DNA of 33,487 nucleotides from Candidatus Bathyarchaeota archaeon (lineage in GTDB: Archaea > Thermoproteota > Bathyarchaeia > Bathyarchaeales > WUQV01): assembly GCA_029934005.1 (NCBI GenBank), contig JAOZNA010000003.1, positions 1 through 33,487 on the forward strand, written 5' to 3'. The notes beneath the pieces were generated by a model. It had not been told where the DNA came from and ran no database searches. It saw only the letters and a list, made by a program, of their open reading frames with translations. Position 1 is the stretch's first letter. Each line of letters opens with the position of its first letter. The position numbers and the translations under genes are program-made. This document shows, piece by piece, positions 1 to 9,644 of this stretch.

Positions 1-65
1 TCCACGAAAAGAATCTCAAAATCTTATGCGCACAAAAATAAGAATTTAAACCAATAATTTAAACC

Positions 66-99
66 TAAACCTAACCCCGCACCAAAATTGCACAAAATT
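66..99 (-). repeat. G-rich tRNA-3'-end-like element, copy A (inverted relative to copies at 2754-2787 and 8768-8787)
   Basis: The reverse complement reads aattttgtgcaattttggtgcggggttaggttta. The 22-nt core (78-99) matches 2754-2775 at 21/22 positions in inverted orientation. The tggtgcgggg part matches the CCA/acceptor end of the tRNA-Leu gene. Confidence 0.6.
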
Positions 100-532
100 C
101 GGCTGTCTGGTCATGTGCATGTAACGGTTCGAAGGCAAGAATAGTTCAAATGTCTTTTCTCATGGCATACTGCAGATGCTTCGCTTATGCTTGAAAAGTT
201 TTTTAAACAAGACAATTATCACTGAAACTATCATGTGCGGTACTTAGGGGAAAAGTATGGTAGCAAAAAAGTTGATAGCATTCCTCTCCGTTCTCATAAT
301 AATTGCCATAGTAATTGTTTCAATCTTTATGTCTAATCTTCTGAATCAATCAAAAGAAGAAACAATAACTCCAGCAGATTCTCCCAAGCTTCCTGATCGA
401 GGTTTCGTCTTTGCATAGTTTTTCCTTCATAATTGCTCTGCGCCCTTATTAATATTAGTTCCACCACATCATTAATGGCATGTTTGTTTATTTCCCCTTC
501 AGATCCATTAACTGTCGACTTTTCAGATTACG

Positions 533-545
533 GGGGTTAGGTTTA
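533..545 (+). repeat. 13-nt exact inverted repeat partner (ggggttaggttta) of 66-78
   Basis: ggggttaggttta at 533-545 is the exact reverse complement of taaacctaacccc at 66-78. It also resembles ggtgggattt of the tRNA T-arm region. Confidence 0.5.
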
Positions 546-602
546 CATATAGGTTTTATATTCCACGTTTTTTAGCATGGAGCAATAGATCTAAACATCG
601 GT

Positions 603-2600
603 TTAAATTCTCGTATTTTTCAGATGGAAACCCTTTTTAACATAGAATGCTGCTAAAGCGCCGAGCATTAGAAGAATGCTAATTATAATTTGGGGTTGGG
701 GTACCACGTTGAAGGCAAAGACTCCTATACTTTTGGTGTTCCAAGCGTCGCCATTGTCAAATTGGCCATTTTGGTTTACGTCAACCCAAATGTCGTATGT
801 TCCAACAGTTAAAGGTGGAGACCAGGTTAAGGTGTTAGTAAGATTTCCATAATCGTCTGTGGTCACGTTGACGCTTGCTTTAGCATTCTCTGGTGTGGGG
901 CTATGGATGTCTTGAATGATATAAATTGTTACTTGCGTGTTTTCAGGAAAGCCTCGGCCTTTTACGTAAACTTCTTCATCGGGTAGAAACGTGCTTTTTG
1001 CGTTCCCAAGGGAATCGGTAGACCAAACTTCTATTGGAGTTAATGGATCCAAATCTTCTCCATCTGGAATCCCGTCACCATCCGTGTCTGGGTTGGTAGG
1101 GTCTGTGCCTTCTACATTTACTTCTGTTCCATCCGTCAAGCCATCTCCGTCTGTATCGGGATTATTCGGATCTGTGCCGATTTGCACTTCTTCTTCATCG
1201 GTTAAACCGTCACCGTCGCTGTCTTCAACCAGAGATACTAGGAAAGCATCGACATACCCTTGAGATGGCTCACCGCTTGGAGTAATCTCTTCTCCTTCTG
1301 GAACAGTCACATTAAAGTGAGTGTTATAGAGTTCACCGTTCGGGTTTGATTCCACTCCGTTCGGTATGGTTTCGTTGCCATCAACATCTTCTAGAGTGAA
1401 GACACCAGTTGACGGCACCGTATATCCAACCAAATAAATCGTTCCGGAAGCTACATCTTTAGCTCTATCCGAGTATTGGTCTCCTAAGACTTTTTGCCAT
1501 AATAGATTTCCAGTTCCATCGTATTTGAGGATGAGTGCGTTGGCATAGTCGCCAAAGCTTTCTGTATAACCTACAACGTAAACGGCGCCAGCTTGGCTTA
1601 CTGTTACACCTTGTGCGTCATCATTTTTTCCTGTATCTCCCCATGCTCTCTGCCATAATAGTGTTCCGTCGGAATCGTATTTCAGAATAAAAGCATCGTA
1701 GGTATAAGATGGAATGGGTATAGACGTGTAACTGTCTGACTTTTTGCCAACAACATATATGTCCCCATACTGATCTACAGCCACATCGTAGGCACTGGCC
1801 ATAGAAGTGTCAGAGGTAACGTTACCCCACATCTTATCCCATAACAAAACTCCATTGGAGTTGAATTTCAAGAGTAAAGCGTAACTTGTAGAAATGTTTT
1901 CTGTGAAGCCTGCAACGTAAATGTTGCCAACTTCGTCGACAGCAACACCAAAGGCCTCTTCACTGAATGGATATCCGTCAAATCTGCTGTAATATCCCTT
2001 TTCCCATAGAACTGTCCCATCAGGACTAAGTTTCAATATGAACGCGTCCTCTCTGCTATAAGTAGAGTTCAGAAGCTTACCTACTACGTATATGTATCCG
2101 CTTTGATCTATAGCCACGCCTTCGGCAACGATGTCTATGTCCCCAGTTGCCAAAGTCTTCTGCCATAATAGATTTCCATTTGAATCATATTTCAAAATAA
2201 GAGCATCGAAAACGTAGTCGTATACTTCGGGGGTAGCATAAACTCTTTGTGTATAACCTACAACATACGCGTTCCCGTTTTGGTCCACGGCAACATCATA
2301 AGCCACATCATCAAGGCCTTCGCTTGTTCTATTCCATGCTTTCTGCCATAAAAGTGTTCCATCAGAAGCATATTTCAGAATAAAAGCATCGTAATAATGG
2401 TTCTCTTCCTCTGTTGATCCCACAACATGTATGCTTCCATCTGAACCTACAGCAACACCATAGGCAAACTCTCTCCATCCCAAACCCCAAGTTTTCTCTA
2501 TTCCTACAGTTGTTTCGGCTTGCGTTATAACAGTCATCAAAGGGAACAACAACAAACATACATAGACAACGACACAAACGCTAAAGAATTTCTTCAACAC
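603..2600 (-). CDS. Secreted surface protein: SBBP-like beta-propeller repeats + thrombospondin-type-3-like Ca-binding repeats + Ig-like domain + C-terminal sorting-signal-like tail
   Basis: 665-aa ORF with a GTG start and GGAG 8 nt upstream. The N-terminal signal peptide ends ...[10 protein letters not shown]. About 7 repeats follow the pattern G-x-[IV]Y[VI][VA]G ... DAFILKY-xx-G-x-LLWQK (SBBP/PF06739-like). Three D-rich repeats are present: [36 protein letters not shown]. The tail reads FNVVPQPQ + 18-aa hydrophobic helix + KKG. Confidence 0.85.
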   Translation of the reverse strand: MLKKFFSVCVVVYVCLLLFPLMTVITQAETTVGIEKTWGLGWREFAYGVAVGSDGSIHVVGSTEEENHYYDAFILKYASDGTLLWQKAWNRTSEGLDDVAYDVAVDQNGNAYVVGYTQRVYATPEVYDYVFDALILKYDSNGNLLWQKTLATGDIDIVAEGVAIDQSGYIYVVGKLLNSTYSREDAFILKLSPDGTVLWEKGYYSRFDGYPFSEEAFGVAVDEVGNIYVAGFTENISTSYALLLKFNSNGVLLWDKMWGNVTSDTSMASAYDVAVDQYGDIYVVGKKSDSYTSIPIPSYTYDAFILKYDSDGTLLWQRAWGDTGKNDDAQGVTVSQAGAVYVVGYTESFGDYANALILKYDGTGNLLWQKVLGDQYSDRAKDVASGTIYLVGYTVPSTGVFTLEDVDGNETIPNGVESNPNGELYNTHFNVTVPEGEEITPSGEPSQGYVDAFLVSLVEDSDGDGLTDEEEVQIGTDPNNPDTDGDGLTDGTEVNVEGTDPTNPDTDGDGIPDGEDLDPLTPIEVWSTDSLGNAKSTFLPDEEVYVKGRGFPENTQVTIYIIQDIHSPTPENAKASVNVTTDDYGNLTNTLTWSPPLTVGTYDIWVDVNQNGQFDNGDAWNTKSIGVFAFNVVPQPQIIISILLMLGALAAFYVKKGFHLKNTRI

Positions 2601-2753
2601 AGTCTAATCTCCGAATAGTACACTAATTTAGAAAATAAAAATATTTTTGAATCTCTATTCTAGACAAATTAGAAAAATTTTCTATATACTAACTCAACTC
2701 TTTATAATTTCAAAACTTGAATCACTATAGAACTAAACATTAACCAGCCAGCA

Positions 2754-2787
2754 AATTTTGTGCAAATTTGGTGCGAAGGTGGGATTT
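2754..2787 (+). repeat. tRNA-3'-end-like element, copy B (same orientation as the tRNA-Leu 3' end at 8768)
   Basis: The sequence is aattttgtgcaaatttggtgcgaaggtgggattt. Its tggtgcgaaggtgggattt part (2769-2787) aligns to tggtgcggggggtgggattt of the tRNA-Leu gene (8768-8787). No complementary T-stem or anticodon arm follows, so it is a fragment rather than a gene. Confidence 0.55.
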
Positions 2788-2982
2788 CGGCACTAATTTA
2801 CCAGTAAAACTTGTGCCTTTATATGCTCGATATGTTCGATTTCTTCCAGCATTATCTTGTGAGTGTGACGATGCTGTATACACCCCTTCCAAGTATTTAT
2901 ACTATTGCCATCCTCCTCGGGCTTCTATATGCTAACTGTCATGCCAAAATGCATGGAGAGCACCTCTAATAGAACTAAAGGA

Positions 2983-2996
2983 AAAATTTTTAAAGG
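2983..2996 (+). promoter_or_regulatory. TATA-like box upstream of the 3045 operon
   Basis: aaaatttttaaagg lies about 50 nt upstream of ATG 3045. An AGGTGG SD-like motif sits at 3035-3040, 4 nt before the ATG. Confidence 0.3.
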
Positions 2997-3044
2997 AATG
3001 GGCAAACATAACAATATTTTCTGGAAAGCAATATAGGTGGAAAA

Positions 3045-6000
3045 ATGAAAAAAGGGGTTGGAGTTTTCATAATTCTGCTAATATTATGTAGCTCATTGAC
3101 AACCGCTACGGCAATTAGTTACGTTGAACCTATTCGGATTGCTGTATTAGACGCTTCTGCTGAGCAAATGCCAAGATTGGGCGATTTCGATATTCTCGTC
3201 ATGGATGGCATATGGCTTCAAGAAAAAATTCGAAGTAATGATGCGGAATTAATCAGTTTTGTCAAGGATACAATTTTGGCAGGTGTACCTACGTTAACTT
3301 TTAATGGAGGATATATAATCCACAAGATTATCGGTAACCTCCCTATTAAAGAATATTTGAATCAGCCGATAATGATTCACGGGTTAAAAGTCTATTCTGA
3401 GAAAGTCAATAACCTGATGCGGAGCGAAGAGCTGTTCATTGGTGGTGTAAACACAACTAGCACAGAAATGATGGCTAAAGCCTGTGAATGGGCTATCAAG
3501 AGAATTTCAAAAACGGATTATTCAACAATGGGCAATGATCCAGATGTTGAAGTGAATTTCGCACAAACAACTGGTAGTCCCTACTGGGAGCATATAGCAA
3601 CGCATCAGTGGATATATTACATGAATCCTTATGGCAATCTGAACATGACACGCTGTTGGTATGCGCTTGTTAATGATGGAAGTAATACATACGACTGGTT
3701 CAACTTGGTTATGGAAACCACATCTGTGCCAGGGAAAGCTGTTTACGGTAGTGATTGGCGTACTGCCGACATATGGAACTGGGTTGATGCAGATTACTTT
3801 AGAGATCCTAATCTACTTATTGACTATGGTCCTCCAAATACACAAGGTGTATCGACTGTAAACTATCAGATTGGTGTCGAAGCAGGAGAGCAGGGCGCCG
3901 TTGTTACATGTAAAATGGCTGTAAGCTATTCAGTTCAAGATGTTCCGGTTGAAGACCAAAGTGACCCATCCGAGCAGCTTGCAAAATGGTGGCATAACGT
4001 ACCAGAACAGGGAGACACGGGTATGAATCCATATACTATTAAGCCAGGCATAACGATGAGAGTTCTGCCTATAGCTCCTACGTCCATACGCAATTGGTAT
4101 CAAGTACAATACATGCAACCAAATTGGTTCTGGGGCTGGTTAATTCCAGACAAGTATATGTCACCAGAATTCATTGTAGATACCGTAATAGATTATCCAC
4201 GAAGCATAAATATCTTTATAGTTAAAGCAAGCGACTCCTCCTCGTCATGGATTGAAAATGTCGAAGATGTAAAAGCAGGAATATTGGAAGCTGTAAATGA
4301 CGCCAATACAAGGACTAGAGTCAAGCTTTCTAACGAACAAATTAATTGGTATGAAATCACATCTACCCAAGACTTACTCGGCTTGGTACTTAATCCTCCG
4401 CTTAGAGCAGTAATTGTCAACACTCATGGTGAAACTATACCCATGCCTAGTTGGTACTTCGGCCCATCTATTCACATAACCTCACCCTCTGATGGGCAAA
4501 CAATTTATTCCAGCCCAACAGTCTATGCTGATGTTTATCCACCGCAAGGGACGTCGCTTCAATTAAGTCAACCCGAAGGTTACACTCAGTGGTCTTATGT
4601 TTGGGTTATGTGGTACCGTCCCAGCACCGGGGCATCAAGTTGGATGCCAATGTATCCTAACGCGAGCGGAGGTGGAACCTACTATAAGTATATAAGCCTT
4701 CCAGCATACGATACCTATCAAATATACGTAGTAGCAGCGGCTAATAACCTCGTCAGTGTTGCCCATATCACCGTCCATTATCAGTATAGCGGAGGCGGAG
4801 GCGGGGGCTGTCCTTACGTAAGCGTTTGGAACGGCACACATTTTATGATTGACAATAATCTATTGCGAGGTGGATTCTCTGAAACAGACATTACAGACTA
4901 TTATAAGCTGGAACAAACTCTAGTTCCTAATGATGGAATCTACTCTTTACAGCTTAGCGAATTTGAAGAGGAACACAACTTCATTGATCAAGTTAAACTT
5001 CTCGCCATAGACCACGCATCTAACGTTAGCGTGGCTGTGAGTCCCTACGGTGAGATCTTGACATATATGAATCCACATCCGCCAGTTTCAGCTATAACCA
5101 ATGAACACAAAAATGTTAAAAAGCTCCTAAGCTCCATTGATGGAAAATATTATCAAGGCTATAATGGAAGCTACATTACCTTGAACTTTGGAGATGAGCT
5201 GGACGTAAGCCAAGGTGCAAAGCTCGTCATAAGGTCTGATAGGTTTGCGGTTAAAACATCAATTCGCATTCAAGTCCAAGATAAAAATGGCGAATGGAAC
5301 ACTGTGGCTTCATTTGTTCCAAGAACCTATTGGTCAACAGAAATCTTCGACATGACTGAATACTTACCAGACGCCAAAGGAAATCTGAAAGTAAGGCTGT
5401 ACTTCACAGCGAACCATAAAATAGACTTTGTGGGTTTAGACACAAGTCCACAAGCAACACTAAAAATTAAAGAGGGTTGTTTGGTTTCTGCCACACATAG
5501 TACTGGATTAAAGATTCTAGGCTCAGAGTCAACTCAAATAAAAGCAACTTACAAAAACTTATTAAAGAGCGACAACGTTTATACAGAGTTAACCCCCGGC
5601 TACCGCATACAAATGAATTTTACCGTTCCTGAAAAGGATGCCACGGATGAAATTCGAGACTTTATATTTATTGTTGAAGGTCACTATAGGAAAGCGGGCT
5701 CTCCATATGGTTGCATGGTTAACTGGCAAGATTGGTTCGACCTTTTGGAAGATAGAACGAGAAACTATGGGTGGATATGGACAAATGTGGCGGGTTACTC
5801 TTGCTACTATTTCGGAAACACATGGTACGAATCGAAGATTCCGGAAGCTTATCGAGAAATCCCAGGTGAAAACGGGCTAAAACAGTTCTTGAGTAAAGAT
5901 GTCACCGCCTACTTTTATGATGGACATGTAGCACGAAGGGGATTGGATTTTCTAGAGAGGACAGGTTTTGATCCGCAAGTCTACAACGACCTACCTACAA

Positions 6001-6947
6001 CAGATATCGTTGCTTCAAGACCGCTTCCTAAGACCGCGGGACTTCCATGGAACACAATCGGGTACATAGACGCTTCAACAGATGATCGTGTAACAGCCTC
6101 AATAGCTATGAATACCTCTTCGCTGGACGGCATAATGCCTGGGATTTTCATTCACAGCGGCTTCGATGCAAGTGCAAGCGACTGGTTAAAAGGGTACATA
6201 GCAAGTATGTTGGCAATAGAAGAAGCAAGGGCGTTCCTAATGATGCCAAAGACATTAACACAAACACAAGGTAACATTCATGCGGCAACGTTCTCTGTAA
6301 CAATGTTACCAGGAGGATGGGGAGAGGGCCACACAACCTTTCCAGATACGGGGCTCGATCAGGATTATAGATACGTGGACCTTATGCTTATCATCTCGAC
6401 ACATTACGAAAGTTATTTGTGGACCGTACCTGGTGCTACGTATTCTCATTCATTATCTGAAGCGGATTTCAAATTTGACAGTGCTGACACGGAAGTATGG
6501 GCGGAGATTGACCTTGAACACTCTGGATGGGAAACTGGCGACTACGAATCGGTAGAATTTCTGAACGATCTCGGTTGGTGGTTCGTGGGGCTTTCCGCAG
6601 ATATTCTTGGAAGTTTCATCGATGTCCCATATCTTGGATCAGTTGTGGGTTTAATCCCCGTTCTCATAAGAGGACCTAACCCACCAAATCTTCAGCCCGA
6701 CCTCAGTCATCATGTATGGGCCAACGGAACGTTGATTGATCCAAATGATGACAATTGGGGTACGATGAGCTTTTATTTCAGAGTAATCTTCCGAATAGAC
6801 GGGCTACCGAGAGATTACGTATTTGATCTTGGAATGGCTTCGTGGATCGATTGCTGGGTGTTTCCAGATGAAGGGCTACCATATCATTTTACAAGGTTTG
6901 CAGCTATTTCATTTAATACGCAACTGCAATTCACGGTGACTGGATGA
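3045..6947 (+). CDS. Giant secreted multidomain protein of unknown function
   Basis: 1300-aa ORF with an ATG start preceded by AGGTGG. The signal peptide is MKKGVGVFIILLILCSSLTTATA. Two alpha/beta-looking modules are visible (IRIAVLD...FDILVMDG and INIFIVKAS...RAVIVNTHGETIPMP). A Gly6 linker (4791-4808) is followed by Cys and a beta-rich module (CPYVSVWNGTHF...). There is no C-terminal TM segment. Confidence 0.85.
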   Translation: MKKGVGVFIILLILCSSLTTATAISYVEPIRIAVLDASAEQMPRLGDFDILVMDGIWLQEKIRSNDAELISFVKDTILAGVPTLTFNGGYIIHKIIGNLPIKEYLNQPIMIHGLKVYSEKVNNLMRSEELFIGGVNTTSTEMMAKACEWAIKRISKTDYSTMGNDPDVEVNFAQTTGSPYWEHIATHQWIYYMNPYGNLNMTRCWYALVNDGSNTYDWFNLVMETTSVPGKAVYGSDWRTADIWNWVDADYFRDPNLLIDYGPPNTQGVSTVNYQIGVEAGEQGAVVTCKMAVSYSVQDVPVEDQSDPSEQLAKWWHNVPEQGDTGMNPYTIKPGITMRVLPIAPTSIRNWYQVQYMQPNWFWGWLIPDKYMSPEFIVDTVIDYPRSINIFIVKASDSSSSWIENVEDVKAGILEAVNDANTRTRVKLSNEQINWYEITSTQDLLGLVLNPPLRAVIVNTHGETIPMPSWYFGPSIHITSPSDGQTIYSSPTVYADVYPPQGTSLQLSQPEGYTQWSYVWVMWYRPSTGASSWMPMYPNASGGGTYYKYISLPAYDTYQIYVVAAANNLVSVAHITVHYQYSGGGGGGCPYVSVWNGTHFMIDNNLLRGGFSETDITDYYKLEQTLVPNDGIYSLQLSEFEEEHNFIDQVKLLAIDHASNVSVAVSPYGEILTYMNPHPPVSAITNEHKNVKKLLSSIDGKYYQGYNGSYITLNFGDELDVSQGAKLVIRSDRFAVKTSIRIQVQDKNGEWNTVASFVPRTYWSTEIFDMTEYLPDAKGNLKVRLYFTANHKIDFVGLDTSPQATLKIKEGCLVSATHSTGLKILGSESTQIKATYKNLLKSDNVYTELTPGYRIQMNFTVPEKDATDEIRDFIFIVEGHYRKAGSPYGCMVNWQDWFDLLEDRTRNYGWIWTNVAGYSCYYFGNTWYESKIPEAYREIPGENGLKQFLSKDVTAYFYDGHVARRGLDFLERTGFDPQVYNDLPTTDIVASRPLPKTAGLPWNTIGYIDASTDDRVTASIAMNTSSLDGIMPGIFIHSGFDASASDWLKGYIASMLAIEEARAFLMMPKTLTQTQGNIHAATFSVTMLPGGWGEGHTTFPDTGLDQDYRYVDLMLIISTHYESYLWTVPGATYSHSLSEADFKFDSADTEVWAEIDLEHSGWETGDYESVEFLNDLGWWFVGLSADILGSFIDVPYLGSVVGLIPVLIRGPNPPNLQPDLSHHVWANGTLIDPNDDNWGTMSFYFRVIFRIDGLPRDYVFDLGMASWIDCWVFPDEGLPYHFTRFAAISFNTQLQFTVTG

Positions 6948-8329
6948 AGTTAAAATATCTAGCAATTTCAACCTTTGCTATATTCCTAATCTCCCTTCTT
7001 TTTTCTGCAAGCATTATTCAAGCTCAAACACAGATTTTAACTGAAACTAGAAAATCAGCCATTGTAAAGGCACTCACTCAAAAACAGCTGAGAAAATGGG
7101 CGGAATTTGAAGCAATGATTTTAATCATCTTTAAAATTTTAGATGCCCTCAAAGAAACAAATATCACAGAAGCGATAGTTAGAATTGTTTCTCAGCAGAA
7201 TGTAACAATAGATAATGTAACATTATGGGGTTGGCCAGCTAAGTTCGGGGAGTCATTAACATATGTTACTAACCCACATAGAATTAATACATGTTTGACC
7301 GCTCTGAGGTTGGTTAACGCCCTTAACCAGGTGAATAAGGAAGCTTTAATTGAAATGGCTCTCTCCAGGTATAATGAATCCGATGGAGCTTTCCATGAGC
7401 CCGTATTCAAAATCGAATACTCTGATGGCAGAATAGAAAATCGCACAATCACCGGTTTTCCTCTTGAATTTTATGCTATAAGTGATTTGGCGTATGCAGA
7501 ATCCAATATAATTAGCACATTTGAATGGATTTCGATTCTCGCGCAATTGAATGCGTTAGATAAAATCAATACAACAAAAACTCTGGAATGGATTTTAAGC
7601 TGTAAAGCGGAAAATGGAGCATTTAAGCCATTTCCTGAATCTAGTCCAGAATATTTGCCTCCTTGGTCATCTTTACGCACAAACCCATTTTATGTAGATA
7701 GGTATGGAACAGGTTTAGCCTATACCTACGCAGCGATCTCAACGCTTAAAATCTTAGGTTATCTTAAAGATAATAATGCCATAAATAGAGAAAAGATAAA
7801 GGAGTATGTGTTTTCATGTTTAGTAGTTACTACCCGTGATACAGCTTATTTCAAGGCTCATCCAGACGATAAACGAGGGACAGTTGGCATTGGAGCGAGG
7901 CAGTATAACTACTACGCTGTAAAAACATTAGAATGCATTGGGATGCTCGAAGAATCAATGTCCGAATTAATAAGGGTTCGGAAGTACCTCCTTGAAGAGT
8001 ATCAAAATCTTTACTATAGAGACTCGTGGCTATTGCCAAATAGGTTATGGAATGCCACATGGAAAGAGAATACATGGGCAGATGTCTACGGCCTTTTTGG
8101 AGGATCCTTTACCCCAGTACAAGCAACATATTATGCAGTACTGACTTTAAATTTAACAAAAAGTTTACACTTTCTAAACCAACTTACACCAGCAGCTTTA
8201 AAAGCATGGTACAATTTAACTATTTTATCCCTTGTGATATCTGGAATCTCAGTTTTAGGCATTCTCATCTATAAAGAAATATTAAGAAAAGGGAAGAATG
8301 AAAAAGCAATAATTTCCATGCCTCTCTAG
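6944..8329 (+). CDS. Secreted, C-terminally membrane-anchored repeat protein, possibly alpha/alpha-toroid (prenyltransferase/squalene-oxidase-repeat-like)
   Basis: 461-aa ORF whose ATG overlaps the upstream TGA (ATGA at 6944-6947), with GGTGA 5 nt upstream. The signal peptide ends ...SASIIQAQT. Spaced motifs recur: YNESDGAFHEP, CKAENGAFKPFP, FSCLVVTTRDTAYF. The C-terminal TM segment is ILSLVISGISVLGILIY followed by KEILRKGK. Confidence 0.8.
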   Translation: MKLKYLAISTFAIFLISLLFSASIIQAQTQILTETRKSAIVKALTQKQLRKWAEFEAMILIIFKILDALKETNITEAIVRIVSQQNVTIDNVTLWGWPAKFGESLTYVTNPHRINTCLTALRLVNALNQVNKEALIEMALSRYNESDGAFHEPVFKIEYSDGRIENRTITGFPLEFYAISDLAYAESNIISTFEWISILAQLNALDKINTTKTLEWILSCKAENGAFKPFPESSPEYLPPWSSLRTNPFYVDRYGTGLAYTYAAISTLKILGYLKDNNAINREKIKEYVFSCLVVTTRDTAYFKAHPDDKRGTVGIGARQYNYYAVKTLECIGMLEESMSELIRVRKYLLEEYQNLYYRDSWLLPNRLWNATWKENTWADVYGLFGGSFTPVQATYYAVLTLNLTKSLHFLNQLTPAALKAWYNLTILSLVISGISVLGILIYKEILRKGKNEKAIISMPL

Positions 8330-8767
8330 ACAATGGCTGAAAACCTTCTGGCTATTATGTCTTCAAGATATATATTGAAATATATTATTCGTGCGCGAAA
8401 TCCCGAGAGCCAAAAATGAGAAGTAAACATGCAATCAAGTAAACGATTCATAAGGTAAACTTTCATAGGTCATCTAGCCACGCATGTTCCCTTAAAAGTT
8501 CACTCTTAATTCTGAGCTTCTTTCAGCAAACAAAGCTAGAAATGTGCATAAGTAACTCAAAAATTTCACGTATCTAATTAACCCTTTTGGACGCATTTAC
8601 AGACCTACCCCCTCTTTTATCAGAGAAAAAGGGAAATTTACGGGAGAAATCGCCATCCTAATCCTGTAAAAGCCATAAAAGACTAGAATAACTAAGCTCC
8701 CAACATCTGTATTTAAATCGATTTTAAGTATCATATCTAGCGCCGGGAGCGGAATTTACGCGTAAAA

Positions 8768-8855
8768 TGGTGCGGGGGGTGGGATTTGAACCCACGAACC
8801 CCTACGGGACAGGCTCCTGAAGCCTGCGCCTTTAACCTGGCTCGGCAACCCCCGC
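8768..8855 (-). tRNA. tRNA-Leu (anticodon CAG), class II with long variable arm, genomically encoded CCA
   Basis: The reverse complement is GCGGGGGTTGCCGAGCCAGGTTAAAGGCGCAGGCTTCAGGAGCCTGTCCCGTAGGGGTTCGTGGGTTCAAATCCCACCCCCCGCACCA. The fold has a 7-bp acceptor, a 3-bp D stem, anticodon stem CAGGC/GCCTG with loop TTCAGGA, a variable arm CCC-GTA-GGG, and T arm GTGGG-TTCAAAT-CCCAC. A TTTT run follows the 3' end. Confidence 0.95.
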
Positions 8856-8887
8856 TCCATTAAAGTATATCATTATCTTCAACTCTC

Positions 8888-9511
8888 TTATTTTTTTGCG
8901 ATATTTATTTCATACAATCCTTTCACCATTGACATCGTGAAAATAGCAGCATAAGCTATATGTGGAAATAAGTGTTCTATTGGTACTTTTAATGGGAACG
9001 AAAACAAAGTTGGAAGAAATATAGCTGTGGTTGGGATAAAGAGAACCAAATTTAAATTATTCATTTTTCCAAAAAGTTTTCTTAAGTCGTTGCTTTTAAC
9101 CATAATTACTATGGAAATCAAGAAACATATCCACTCTACAGTTATGTTTGTTGGACTGTCAATTGGTATGTCCATTCCATAATATCTTATAGAAATTGGC
9201 CATAGAATCTGCGTTTTTCCAGCGAAAAAGTCGCCTATGGTTGAGTGTTGCACTAAAGCTATTAAGTATGGAACTGATTTTTTGCTATATACAATGAGGA
9301 ATGGAATGAAGAAGAGAAATGCGACTATTGTTGAGTGGGTTGGGCCTCTATGATTTAGTTGCGGAATGAGTATATCAATGTCTGGTAATACTGAGAAAAG
9401 AAATATAAGTGGAAGGTTTACTTCTACTTTAAGGAGTTTTGAAGATAATTTGCTGCAGATATAGCCCAATGCTAAATGTCCAGGCGCAAACGAAGTTATT
9501 TCCTCCTTCAT
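8888..9511 (-). CDS. Membrane-bound metal-dependent hydrolase, YdjM/DUF457-like
   Basis: The ORF-track start at 9517 is TTG. An in-frame ATG at 9511 gives MKEEITSFAPGH.... The protein is polytopic and hydrophobic, with LPDIDIL ... NHRGPTHS motifs typical of DUF457. Confidence 0.7.
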   Translation of the reverse strand: MKEEITSFAPGHLALGYICSKLSSKLLKVEVNLPLIFLFSVLPDIDILIPQLNHRGPTHSTIVAFLFFIPFLIVYSKKSVPYLIALVQHSTIGDFFAGKTQILWPISIRYYGMDIPIDSPTNITVEWICFLISIVIMVKSNDLRKLFGKMNNLNLVLFIPTTAIFLPTLFSFPLKVPIEHLFPHIAYAAIFTMSMVKGLYEINIAKK

Positions 9512-9613
9512 ATGCAAAACTTCGTGTACTTATTAACATTTAGTTTGTTTCTTCTTGTCGTAAATTTCGAAATCTTTATTTATTGTGTATTCGTGTTGCG
9601 CTTCAACACAAAA

Positions 9614-9626
9614 ATATTTATTAAAT
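9614..9626 (+). promoter_or_regulatory. TATA-like box, spacing consistent with a leaderless transcript starting near ATG 9645
   Basis: atatttattaaat is centred about 25 nt upstream of ATG 9645, and no SD-like motif lies between them. Confidence 0.35.
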
Positions 9627-9644
9627 CTTAAGATACGGTATTCA

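Noticed and set aside
257-418. 53-aa ORF with one TM helix (MVAKKLIAFLSVLIIIAIVIVSIFM...), with GGGG 7 nt upstream of the ATG
   Set aside because: It is plausible as a small membrane protein, but it is below any length I can support from sequence alone. It is mentioned only in the repeat finding because it is bracketed by the 13-nt inverted repeat.
991-1263. 90-aa plus-strand ORF rich in PSPSVSG repeats
   Set aside because: It lies antisense to the D-rich TSP3-like repeat region of the 603-2600 gene. Its repetitiveness is a mirror of the coding repeats on the other strand.
2769-2850. Possible second tRNA gene or split-tRNA 3' half (tggtgcgaaggtgggattt...)
   Set aside because: Only the CCA, acceptor and part of the T-arm are tRNA-like. 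No complementary T-stem (cccac-type) or anticodon arm follows. The ggcac...gtgcc stem nearby does not give a cloverleaf. It is treated as a fragment or repeat instead.
2823-2969. 48-aa ORF (MLDMFDFFQHYLV...) in the divergent intergenic region
   Set aside because: It has no SD-like motif or recognisable family, it is short, and it lies in a region likely to hold two promoters. The evidence is insufficient.
4791-4811. Gly6-Cys junction as a possible intein N-terminus
   Set aside because: No downstream His-Asn followed by Cys/Ser/Thr junction or intein block motifs were seen. The flanking extein-like sequences are not known to be a split conserved protein. It is more simply a flexible linker before an inserted domain.
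8330-8767. Integrase or transposase remnant between the toroid-like gene and tRNA-Leu
   Set aside because: There are only short open stretches (for example KKLRIKSELLREHAWLDDL* on the minus strand) with no recognisable recombinase motifs. A coding remnant cannot be supported.
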